NCBI RefSeq assembly: GCF_037902255.1
Contig: NZ_CP147990.1
Span: 2,490,001-2,522,000, forward strand
Direction: 5' to 3'
Source of the DNA: Candidatus Electrothrix sp. GW3-4
GTDB lineage: Bacteria; Desulfobacterota; Desulfobulbia; Desulfobulbales; Desulfobulbaceae
DNA length: 32,000 nucleotides
In this document: one piece after another, positions 1 to 8,256 of the stretch
Layout of the letters: each line of letters opens with the position of its first letter
How positions within the stretch are numbered: the stretch's first letter is position 1
Translations under genes and position numbers: made by a program
The notes under the pieces: generated by a model
Database searches by the model: none
What the model saw: only the letters and a program-made list of their open reading frames with translations
What the model was told of the DNA's origin: nothing

Positions 1-820
1 CATAATACATATCAGCAGCAGCAGCCTTTATGGCTGTCTGGAGCATGGCCTGGTACTCGGGCGGAAGTTTTTTATAGGCCCGTTTATTAATGAGAAACTG
101 CATCTCCGAGGCAGGCTCATGCCAACCGGTGTAATAATACGGGGCCACCTTGTGAAAGCCCATCCTGATATCCATGCCCGGTCCTACCCACTCCAGGGCA
201 TCAATGGTGCCGCGATCCAGGGAGGTGTACAACTCACCCGCCGGAATATTGGTCACGTTCACGCCTAGCTTGGCAAAGACCTCACCAGCCAAGCCGGGAA
301 TCCGCATCTTGAGGCCCTTGAGATCATCCAGAGAAATGATCTCCTTTTTAAACCAACCTCCCATCTGCACCCCGGTATTTCCACCAGGATAGCAAAACAC
401 CTTAAAGCGGTCATAGACCTGCTGCATGTACTTCATACCGTCCCCGTAATAAAACCAGGCATATTGCTCAGCCGTAGTCATACCAAAAGGCACAGTGGTG
501 AAAAAGATCGTGTTAATATCCTTGCCCTTCCAGTAATAGGAGCCGCTATGACCCATCTGGTACTGCCCGCCCTTGACCATATCCAGGACTGCCAGCGGGG
601 CCTTATGCTTTTCCTTTCCTTCCACCCGAATAGTGAATTTCCCGCCGCTCATCTCCTCAACCATCCTGGCTACCTGCACAGGGGGCGAGGCCAGCGGGGT
701 CAGGGTTGAAGGCCAGGTTTCAGCCAGTTTCCATTTCACTCTCTTGGCGGCCTGGGCCGGATGACCTGTCATGGTGATGAGTAGCGCTGCTATAAGGGTA
801 AATTTTCCAAAAAATTTCAT
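1..820 (-). CDS. TRAP transporter substrate-binding protein (DctP family); C-terminus cut by window edge
   Basis: Not in the ORF track because it runs off the window. My minus-strand translation from ATG 820 gives MKFFGKFTLIAALLITMTGHPAQAAKRVKWKLAETWPS...GGQYQMGHSGSYYWKGKD...GGWFKKEI. That is a signal peptide plus typical DctP-type TRAP solute-receptor motifs. An AGGAGG RBS lies about 6 nt upstream (826-831). Confidence 0.8.
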   Translation of the reverse strand, partial: MKFFGKFTLIAALLITMTGHPAQAAKRVKWKLAETWPSTLTPLASPPVQVARMVEEMSGGKFTIRVEGKEKHKAPLAVLDMVKGGQYQMGHSGSYYWKGKDINTIFFTTVPFGMTTAEQYAWFYYGDGMKYMQQVYDRFKVFCYPGGNTGVQMGGWFKKEIISLDDLKGLKMRIPGLAGEVFAKLGVNVTNIPAGELYTSLDRGTIDALEWVGPGMDIRMGFHKVAPYYYTGWHEPASEMQFLINKRAYKKLPPEYQAMLQTAIKAAAADMYY

Positions 821-910
821 ACAACCTCCTGGTAATTCTTCAGTACAATATCTCTTCTGTCTTTTTTGAAAGCAAATCCCCTTTTAATAAACAAATCATT
901 CCACTGCCGC

Positions 911-944
911 AATAAAAAAGGGGTGCCGAAAAACGGTACCCCTT
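911..944 (-). terminator. Rho-independent terminator downstream of transketolase
   Basis: On the minus strand: GGGGTACCG-TTTTT-CGGCACCCC, a 9-bp stem with one mismatch, followed by TTTTTTATT. It lies 30 nt after the transketolase stop. Confidence 0.55.
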
Positions 945-973
945 GAGCAAAAGAATATGATCTGAACAAGAGC

Positions 974-2911
974 TCAGCCAAGCAACTCCTGCACAGTCGC
1001 AGCAATGGATGCACTATCCAGGCCCTGCTGTTTGTACAGATCTGCAGGGCTACCGGACCCACCGTACTGCTTCACCCCGAGACGACGCAGTTTGGGAGAC
1101 AGCCCCTTATCCATCAGAGTAACAGCAACAGAGGCACCCAGACCGGTGTCCGCATGGTGATCTTCCACCGTGACAATGGGGCCGAGAGCGGCAGCCTTGA
1201 TAACAGCCTGCTCATCCAGAGGAATCAGGGAGGCCATATTGAGCACTCCCACAGATTTGCCCGCATCTTTGAGGAGCTGCCAGGCCTCGATACAGGCCGG
1301 AGTCACTGCACCATAGGTGATAATGGTGGCATCCGTGCCTTGACGCAGCCAGTCGGCCTTGCCCGGTGTAAAGACATAATCCGCATCAAAGAAGACCGAT
1401 CCATCTTCCTTGGTGACGGTCGGCATCTTGGACCGTCCCATGCCGACAAAATGATTACCCGGCTGAGTAGCGATGTAGCGGATAATTCGGTCAGTCTGGT
1501 TAGGATCACAGGGGATAAAGGCGGAAAAACGGAAGTAGTTTTTCATCAGGCCCAGATAATCAATACACTGATGGGTGGGGCCATCCTCACCCACATCCAG
1601 ACCCACATGGGTAGCCACGACCTTAAGGTTCGTGTGATTGAAATCGTTCAGCCGATTCTGGTTATAGACCTCGGAAACGGCAAAGGAGCCAAAGGTGGAA
1701 AAGAAGGTTACCATATTTTCACAGCTCATGGCACCAGCAGTGGCGGCGGCATGATGCTCCTGGATCCCCAATTCCAGATAGCCCTCAGGAGAATGCTTGT
1801 GAAAGCCGCCCATCTTAACAGAACCTTCCAGGTCGCAGGACACCCCAGTTATTACCGGCGGCTGCCCCGGTTTATTATTGGCCTCAGCCAGACCCAACAG
1901 GGCATTACCATAACCGGAACGGCAGTCGGTCTTCTCATCAGCCGCATAGACAATGGGCTCACCCGGCTGAATCTCTGGATAATCAGCCCGAGGGGGCATA
2001 ATAGTTGCGGTGCTCACCGGCTCGTTGCGTCGTGCCTGCCACTGCGCAAAATCATTTTCCACGCCCAGCTCTGCTAAGGCATCCGCCAGCATATCCGGGG
2101 GGAGGGGGGAACCGTGGTACTTGGCCTTGTTCTCCATAAAGGAGATGCCCTTGCCCATCACGGTCTTTATAACCAACACTGTAGGCACCCCGCTGATATT
2201 ACGGTAGGCATCCCGCATCGCCTGATACAGGGCCTGATAATCATGCCCCTCTTTCACAACCACGGTATTAAATCCCAGACCGCCGTACAGTTTCTGCATG
2301 CACTGGGGCATGATATCCTCGGTGCTGCCGCAGATCTGGAGCTGATTACGATCAATAAGCACGGTCAGGTTATCCAGTTTGTACTTCACTGCATGACGAA
2401 TAGCCTCAGTGATCTGGCCCTTCTGCTGCTCACCATCACCCATCAGGCAGAAGACCCGGTTCTTCTTGCCCTGAATTTTAAAGGCATGGGCCATACCCAC
2501 GGCCGTGGACAGGCCCTGCCCAAGATTGCCAGTGTCCCACTCCACCCCGGGCACTATGGATTCCACATGGCCGGGAAAGCCGGACCCGGTGCGACGGAAG
2601 CCGATAAGAAAATCTTCCTCGTTAAAATAGCCGTTCTCGGCCAATACGCTGTAGACACCTGGCGAGATATGGCCGATGGACTCCACCATTCGGTCGCGTT
2701 CTGGCATGCGGGGATTGGCGGGATCATGCTTGAGCAGGCCATAGGCCACCAACAGCATATCCAGAGATGACAGGGATCCTCCGGGATGGCCGGAGGCTGC
2801 CAACGAAGTGGACAGCAGGATACGCCGGGCGCAACGGGTACGCATTTCTTCCAGGGTCGAAATTTCCTGAGCCGTCAGCTTGCTGGCGGCAGGATCAAAT
2901 TTCAGGGACAT
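974..2911 (-). CDS. tkt: Transketolase (single-chain, 645 aa)
   Basis: 645-aa ORF with a ThDP-enzyme N-terminal motif (GHPGGSLSSLDMLLVAYG), a GDGEQQKG ThDP-binding loop, and pyrimidine-binding and C-terminal domains. A GAGGAG RBS lies upstream of the ATG. Confidence 0.93.
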   Translation of the reverse strand: MSLKFDPAASKLTAQEISTLEEMRTRCARRILLSTSLAASGHPGGSLSSLDMLLVAYGLLKHDPANPRMPERDRMVESIGHISPGVYSVLAENGYFNEEDFLIGFRRTGSGFPGHVESIVPGVEWDTGNLGQGLSTAVGMAHAFKIQGKKNRVFCLMGDGEQQKGQITEAIRHAVKYKLDNLTVLIDRNQLQICGSTEDIMPQCMQKLYGGLGFNTVVVKEGHDYQALYQAMRDAYRNISGVPTVLVIKTVMGKGISFMENKAKYHGSPLPPDMLADALAELGVENDFAQWQARRNEPVSTATIMPPRADYPEIQPGEPIVYAADEKTDCRSGYGNALLGLAEANNKPGQPPVITGVSCDLEGSVKMGGFHKHSPEGYLELGIQEHHAAATAGAMSCENMVTFFSTFGSFAVSEVYNQNRLNDFNHTNLKVVATHVGLDVGEDGPTHQCIDYLGLMKNYFRFSAFIPCDPNQTDRIIRYIATQPGNHFVGMGRSKMPTVTKEDGSVFFDADYVFTPGKADWLRQGTDATIITYGAVTPACIEAWQLLKDAGKSVGVLNMASLIPLDEQAVIKAAALGPIVTVEDHHADTGLGASVAVTLMDKGLSPKLRRLGVKQYGGSGSPADLYKQQGLDSASIAATVQELLG

Positions 2912-3144
2912 TGTACGCTCCTCTTCATCAAAAAAAATAAAATATAAAAAAACAGATCGGACAAAAGAACTTGCCCGGTTAACTCAGATGCTTTATTCAA
3001 GGGAGACGGTTCAGCCTGCACCTGGGCAGGAGACACACGCAACCCGTTATAATACAATGATGCAGAAACACAACCGTAAACAGCAACCGTCCTGAGCAAA
3101 ATATCGTCCCCTGTTAAGGGCAATCCAAAAGCGATAACAATACC

Positions 3145-4077
3145 ATGAAAATAGGCTCCCTTCTTCTCGATACTCCATTCATCCTTGCCCCCCTTGCGGG
3201 TTACACCGATATTTCTTTTCGTCTCCTCTGTCGGGAGATGGGGGCAGGCCTGACCGTCTCTGAGATGATCAGCTGCCACGGGCTGGTGTACGGCCAGAAA
3301 AAAACCCTGGTCATGCTCAAAACCATAGCGGAAGAACGGCCCTGGGCCGTGCAGCTCTTTGGCAACGAACCAGAGCTCATGGGCCAGGCCGCTGCCCTTG
3401 TCTCGGAGCGACCAGTAGATATTATTGATATCAACATGGGCTGTCCGGTACGCAAGGTCATCAAGAAGGGTTCAGGCGCAGCCCTGATGAAAGAGGAAAA
3501 CCTGCGCATTGCAGAGGAGATTATCCGGGCGGTGGTCACCAATACCCCTTGTCCGGTGACCGTTAAATTCCGCAGCGGCTGGAACGATGACAACATCATC
3601 GCCCCGGAGTTCGCCCGCATGGCTGAGTCTGCCGGGGCTGCAGCCGTCACTGTTCACGCCCGTACCTGGGCCCAACAGTTTGGGGGCAAGGCAGATCGCC
3701 AGATCATTGCAGCAGTGAAAAAAGCCGTGCATATCCCGGTGATCGGCAACGGCGATGTCTTGTCTTATAAAGACGGATTGGAGATGATGGCGGAGACCGG
3801 CTGCGCCGGGGTTATGGTCGGACGCGGAGCATTAGGAAATCCCTGGGTTTTCCGCGCAGAAGGTATGCCGGAAAGCCTGCGGGATCGCCTGCCGGTGATT
3901 CTGCGCTATTTGCAACTTGCTGAAGAGCATCTGGACACGGAACGGCTGCTCTTTCGTGTCAAAAATCATACCTGCCGCTATTTTACCGGTCTACGCGGTG
4001 CGGCTGAGATCCGTAAACACATTATTGCCTGCCCATCCGTAGAAGAAATAGAAAAGATGCTGAACAGCCTTGCCTAA
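3145..4077 (+). CDS. tRNA-dihydrouridine synthase (Dus family)
   Basis: 310 aa. Has LAPLAGYTD, INMGCP (catalytic Cys loop), TVHARTWAQ and GNGDV...GRGALGNPWVF, the classical Dus TIM-barrel motifs. Confidence 0.9.
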   Translation: MKIGSLLLDTPFILAPLAGYTDISFRLLCREMGAGLTVSEMISCHGLVYGQKKTLVMLKTIAEERPWAVQLFGNEPELMGQAAALVSERPVDIIDINMGCPVRKVIKKGSGAALMKEENLRIAEEIIRAVVTNTPCPVTVKFRSGWNDDNIIAPEFARMAESAGAAAVTVHARTWAQQFGGKADRQIIAAVKKAVHIPVIGNGDVLSYKDGLEMMAETGCAGVMVGRGALGNPWVFRAEGMPESLRDRLPVILRYLQLAEEHLDTERLLFRVKNHTCRYFTGLRGAAEIRKHIIACPSVEEIEKMLNSLA

Positions 4078-4161
4078 TCGCAACGGCAGGCCAGAGAAAG
4101 CCCGCGGTTCTCAGCGCACACCTGTTTTATATATCTAAACTTCTCCTCCCACGCTTTGATC

Positions 4162-4190
4162 TTGACATTCCCCTAACCCGCTTTTATGCT
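4162..4190 (+). promoter_or_regulatory. Candidate sigma70-type promoter for selD
   Basis: TTGACA (4162-4167), 17-nt spacer, TATGCT (4185-4190), about 110 nt upstream of the selD start. Confidence 0.35.
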
Positions 4191-4299
4191 ATGATGAACA
4201 ATTCTCTCTCCTTGGAAAGGGCTACCAGAGTAGACCAAGGCATGGGGCAGCATAAGGGAGTGGGCTTTATTTCTCTCATTGAACCAGGAGGTTAACACG

Positions 4300-5349
4300 T
4301 TGTTTTTTAAGAAAAAGACCTTAACAGGACTGGCTCGCACCTGCGGTTGAGCTGCAAAAATTGGTCCGACGGATCTGTCGGACGCGCTTGCTGGCCTTAC
4401 CCCACCTGATGACCCGAATCTGCTGGTCGGCATTGAGACCTCAGATGATGCAGCAGTGTACCGTCTGAACGACGGGGTGGCCATGATCAACACGGTCGAT
4501 TTTATCACCCCGCCGGTTGATGATCCCTATTGGTTCGGCCAGATCGCAGCGGCCAACGCTATCTCTGACGTCTACTCTATGGGGGGGCGGCCTGTTACGG
4601 CCCTCAACGTTGTGATGTTCCCCTCCAAACGACTTGACATGGGCTATCTCAAGGAAATCCTCCGGGGTGGTCATGATAAGGTCGAGGAGGCCGGGGCCTG
4701 TCTGGTCGGCGGCCATACCGTTGATGATGAGGAGCCCAAATACGGCCTTTGCGTTAACGGCGCAGTCCATCCTGAACGGGTTCTCACCAATGCGGGCTCC
4801 TTGCCCGGAGATGCCCTTATCCTCACCAAGCCCTTGGGCTCTGGGGTCCTGTTCAACGCTGTTCGCTCAAAAAAAATACCGCTTAAAGAGATTGAACAGG
4901 AATTGCTGCCCTCTCTGGCTGCCCTGAACGGAACAGCCATGGAAACAGCCCTCCGCTTTAGCCTACGCGCCTGCACCGATATTACTGGCTTTGGTATCCT
5001 TGGTCACCTGCTTGAAGTTGCCCACGGTGCCAAGGCCAGGGTCCTGCTCAACTACCGTGCCCTGCCCTTCTATGCTGGGGCCCTGGAGATGTACAAAAAA
5101 GGGGAGACAACCGGCAGCAATAAGGCCAATCGGGCCTTGGTCGCCAGGCACGACCTAAAAATGCATGCCTCTCTCTCAAAGCATGAAGAAGAACTCCTCT
5201 ATGACCCCCAGACCTCGGGCGGCCTCCTCCTTTCCGTGCCCAAAGAGCGGGCAGAGAGTTTAGTAACGGCCTTGCACAAGAACGGGGTCTATGCAGCAGT
5301 TTGCATTGGAGAGGTACTGGACGGGCCAGCAGGTATTATAGTTGAATAG
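4300..5349 (+). CDS. selD: Selenide, water dikinase (selenophosphate synthetase), selenocysteine-containing form
   Basis: The ORF track shows only 4456-5349. Reading the same frame upstream gives TTG(4300) FFKKKTLTGLARTCG-UGA(4348-4350)-AAKIGPTDLSDALAGLTPPDDPNLLVGIETSDDAAVYRL. This is the SelD N-terminal glycine-rich loop, with Sec where E. coli has the catalytic Cys. AGGAGG lies 8 nt before the TTG. Total 349 codons, the normal SelD length. Confidence 0.88.
4364..4383 (+). promoter_or_regulatory. Bacterial SECIS-like hairpin for the selD UGA
   Basis: GTCCGAC (4364-4370), loop GGATCT, GTCGGAC (4377-4383). A perfect 7-bp stem starting 13 nt after the UGA, with G residues and a U in the apical loop. 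Confidence 0.6.
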
Positions 5350-5399
5350 AGCAGGATAACTTGCATTTTTTCTGTCATCACAGCAAACACAGCCTTTTC

Positions 5400-6413
5400 T
5401 CATGCCGTTTCCCAGCACACCCGATTCCGTCCACCTTGCTTGGCGGCATAGAGTTGCTCATCCGCCCGCCTGATATAGGCTTCGCGATTTTCTCCATAGG
5501 TATATTCGGCAATGCCGATACTGACCGTAATTCGCCCAACAGCGGAAAAGGTCTGCTCGGCAATCTGTCGGCGAAGTCTGTCGGCAATATCCGCAGCAGC
5601 TTGCAGAGATGTCTTTGGCAAACAGGCAAGGAACTCCTCTCCGCCATAGCGGATAACATAGTCGGATGTCCTCAAACAGTGCTGAATCAGGCGGGCTGTT
5701 TCAACAAGCACCGCATCCCCGGCCTGATGACCGTAGGTATCATTCACTTGCTTGAAATGATCAATGTCCAGCATCAGGATGGACAGGGCATGCTTTTTAC
5801 GCTGAGCTAAATCCATCTCATAGCACATCACATCCTCCAGCTTCCTTCTATTGAAGACACCTGTCAGATCGTCCGTGATGGCGATCTGTTTGAGCTCCTC
5901 CTGCAATTTATACTTGGTATAATGATAACTCTCCATGGTGATGACGATTTCCAGCATGATCATCTTGGTAATAGACTGAAAAGTCTCCGACTTATCCTCG
6001 GCATAGGCATCAACCAATCTTTTTATTTCCTGAAGATACTTGTTAAAGGCACCGATATACCAGAGCGGTTCAATATTCAGGGCAACATGGGTATATCCGA
6101 CATGCAAGCGGGAAAGCATGTATTCCTGATCATATTCGCCGCTGAAGAGTTGCTCAAAGTGGGCCAGCTGTTTTTCCTTCAGCCGCTGAACCGTCTCTTT
6201 ATCCTTAAAATAGATCTGGAGATCGTCAAACTCAAGCAGGTGCTGATAAAATGCGTCAAAGAGATCAACCGGGAGTTCCGGGATCAGTGCTCGAAAGGCC
6301 TTAATCCGCCGAATATCTTCTGGACCGATACCAAGGAACTCCTTGCGTCGTTCAAAGTCCTCAGGGGTGATATTGAGCTCTTTGGCAATCCGCTCTGCTG
6401 TCTTTCGATTCAT
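5400..6413 (-). CDS. Globin-coupled sensor diguanylate cyclase (sensor globin + GGDEF)
   Basis: The N-terminal ~160 aa look like a globin-coupled-sensor/protoglobin domain (...HVGYTHVALNIEPLWYIGAFNKYL...). The C-terminal GGDEF domain has an intact RYGGEEF active site. Confidence 0.85.
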   Translation of the reverse strand: MNRKTAERIAKELNITPEDFERRKEFLGIGPEDIRRIKAFRALIPELPVDLFDAFYQHLLEFDDLQIYFKDKETVQRLKEKQLAHFEQLFSGEYDQEYMLSRLHVGYTHVALNIEPLWYIGAFNKYLQEIKRLVDAYAEDKSETFQSITKMIMLEIVITMESYHYTKYKLQEELKQIAITDDLTGVFNRRKLEDVMCYEMDLAQRKKHALSILMLDIDHFKQVNDTYGHQAGDAVLVETARLIQHCLRTSDYVIRYGGEEFLACLPKTSLQAAADIADRLRRQIAEQTFSAVGRITVSIGIAEYTYGENREAYIRRADEQLYAAKQGGRNRVCWETA

Positions 6414-6623
6414 ACGTTCCTTTTCCTTTTTCCTGCTCTCCGATGCCTATCAGTCAGAAAGAGTGAGACTGCTAAACGCTGATGATCAGATATCCCTCCT
6501 CTCATCCCCTTATCAAAAGAGCAAGGGAAACTGGAATCGTCAGCCCATAGATAGGGGCCCATGGATCAGAAAGAATGTGTTGTCCTGATCAACAGCACAT
6601 AATATCGCAAAGGCATGCACAGC

Positions 6624-6822
6624 TTCCCCACAGAAATAAGGGGCAATCCCCTGGGGGATATCCTTGCTCCCTTGAGAAAAAATCTTTCACCCTTTATGAC
6701 GGAACATAATCCCCTTGGGGAGGGTGTTTCAGCAGAGGAAATGATTCCTCTCCCCCTAGGGGATATCATTCCGGGGACAGGGCCGCGCCCCCTGTGACGG
6801 AAGATAATCCCCACAGGGAAAA
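6624..6822. repeat. Array of short C4/G4 palindromes with two longer direct repeats (intergenic)
   Basis: ATCCCC-TG-GGGGAT (6646-6659), TCCCC-TT-GGGGA (6710-6721), CCCC-TA-GGGG (6753-6762) and TCCCC-ACA-GGGA (6808-6819). Also TGACGGAA(C/G)ATAATCCCC at 6697-6714 and 6795-6812, and GGGGATATC at 6655-6663 and 6759-6767. Confidence 0.5.
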
Positions 6823-6920
6823 CGTTGCAGAACATGGGGAGGAATCAGTCAGAAAGGCAAGCCAGAAAATCATCTCAGGAACTCTTCCCATGGAACGATG
6901 CGTAAGAAAGATCAACTTCT

Positions 6921-6950
6921 TTGACAGCGAAGCCTCAGCAACAGTATAAT
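6921..6950 (+). promoter_or_regulatory. Candidate sigma70 promoter for the 7001-8227 gene
   Basis: Consensus TTGACA (6921-6926), 18-nt spacer, consensus TATAAT (6945-6950). A GGAGG RBS lies just before ATG 7001. Confidence 0.5.
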
Positions 6951-7000
6951 ATAATTGTAAGGATAGGGGAAAAATAGATTGCCTTTACGGAGGTTATCCC

Positions 7001-8227
7001 ATGAAAGAATCACCTTTTCTTTCCTTGCCTGTCTGGCTGCAGGAAATCCTCACAGATCCGTTTAAAAAATACCTCGTCCTCGCCCTCTGCTGTCTCGGCA
7101 TCGGTATCTCCCTGGTAGAACAGTACGCACAAGAGCATACGACCGCCCCTGAACAGGGAATCGTCTTCTTTTTTCATCGTCAATGTCCCCATTGCCAACA
7201 ACAAAAGAAGTTCAATCCCTATCTCAAGGCCAAATACCCGGAACTGCATTGGACGGAGTACGATACTGCGAACCGGGAGCATGCCCAAATCTTTGCCCGA
7301 TATGCCCGGGAAAGGGGCATGGATCAGCGTCATCTCGGGGTCCCGATGACCTTTATCGGCCCCTATGTCATCTCCGGCTTTGACAGCGGGGAGACCACCG
7401 GGGCTATGCTTGAACAGGCGATCCGGGCCTATCTGGAGGATGATCCTTCCCTTATGGAGGGGGCAGCGTTGAACGGGAAGGGAAGCGAGACCGTGGAGCT
7501 GCCCATCCTGGGAGAGATCAGGCACAGCGAGTATTCGCTTTTTTCCCTGGCCGTGCTGCTGGGTCTGGTGGACGGGTTCAATCCCTGTGCCATGTGGGTG
7601 CTGGTCTACCTGATCTCCATCGTCCTGACCCTGAAGAGCCGCAAAAAGATCTGGCTCTTGGTGGGCACCTTTGTCGGGGCCTCCGGGATACTCTACTTCC
7701 TCTTCATGACGGCCTGGCTCAACGCCTTTCTCTTCCTCGGCTATCTCCGCATCCTGACCCTGCTCATCGGCCTGATGGCGGTGGGTGTCGGCATCCTCAA
7801 CATCCGGGAATACCTGCAAACCAAGGGGGAACTGGTCTGCACCATCGGCAATGCGGCCTCGAAAAAAAAGACCATGGGCCGGATCGACCGGATCGCCCAG
7901 GCCCCGCTCAGCCTGTTCACGGTCTTCAACATCATCGTCCTGGCCTTTATCATCAACTCCATCGAGTTTGCCTGTTCAGCAGCCCTGCCAGCCATTTACA
8001 CCCATGCCCTGTCCCTGAAGGCCTTGCCAGCGATCCAGTACTATGCCTATATCCTGCTCTATGACTTCTTTTTCATGCTGGATGATCTGATCATCTTCAG
8101 CCTCGCTGTCCTGGCCCTGAACACCAATCTCGGACAACGCTATGCAAAGTACTGCAAGATCATCGGTGGGATCGTCTTGCTGCTCTTGGGCTGCATGATG
8201 GTCTTTGCACCTGATCTGCTTAGGTAG
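7001..8227 (+). CDS. Thioredoxin/glutaredoxin-fold (CPHC) domain fused to a polytopic DsbD/CcdA-like membrane domain
   Basis: 408 aa. One N-terminal TM segment, then FFFHRQCPHCQQ...GVPMTFIG (redox-active CxxC thioredoxin fold), then about 6 TM helices with a GFNPCAMW motif like the CcdA/DsbD electron-transfer core. Confidence 0.7.
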   Translation: MKESPFLSLPVWLQEILTDPFKKYLVLALCCLGIGISLVEQYAQEHTTAPEQGIVFFFHRQCPHCQQQKKFNPYLKAKYPELHWTEYDTANREHAQIFARYARERGMDQRHLGVPMTFIGPYVISGFDSGETTGAMLEQAIRAYLEDDPSLMEGAALNGKGSETVELPILGEIRHSEYSLFSLAVLLGLVDGFNPCAMWVLVYLISIVLTLKSRKKIWLLVGTFVGASGILYFLFMTAWLNAFLFLGYLRILTLLIGLMAVGVGILNIREYLQTKGELVCTIGNAASKKKTMGRIDRIAQAPLSLFTVFNIIVLAFIINSIEFACSAALPAIYTHALSLKALPAIQYYAYILLYDFFFMLDDLIIFSLAVLALNTNLGQRYAKYCKIIGGIVLLLLGCMMVFAPDLLR

Positions 8228-8256
8228 CAGCCCTGCTTATCGGCCAGATCACTCCG

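Noticed and set aside
1154-2770. Plus-strand ORFs 1154-2077 (307 aa) and 2114-2770 (218 aa)
   Set aside because: They are antisense to a clearly recognisable transketolase and have no motifs of their own.
4078-4299. tRNA-Sec (selC) or other tRNA near selD or selB, also looked for at 25218-25547 and 26175-26292
   Set aside because: I could find no cloverleaf, no GGTTCGA-type T-loop and no UCA anticodon-loop context by eye. A tRNAscan or ARAGORN run would be needed to be certain.
6615-6797. 60-aa ORF with NPLGD/NPLGE/PLPLGD repeats
   Set aside because: The peptide repeats are simply the translation of the DNA palindromes. There is no RBS, and the ORF lies in a divergent promoter region.
6624-6822. 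CRISPR array
   Set aside because: The repeats are only 12-18 nt, imperfect and irregularly spaced, and no cas genes are nearby. This is not CRISPR-like.
7010-7819. 269-aa minus-strand ORF
   Set aside because: It is antisense to the thioredoxin-fold membrane protein gene, which has a consensus promoter, an RBS and coherent TM topology.
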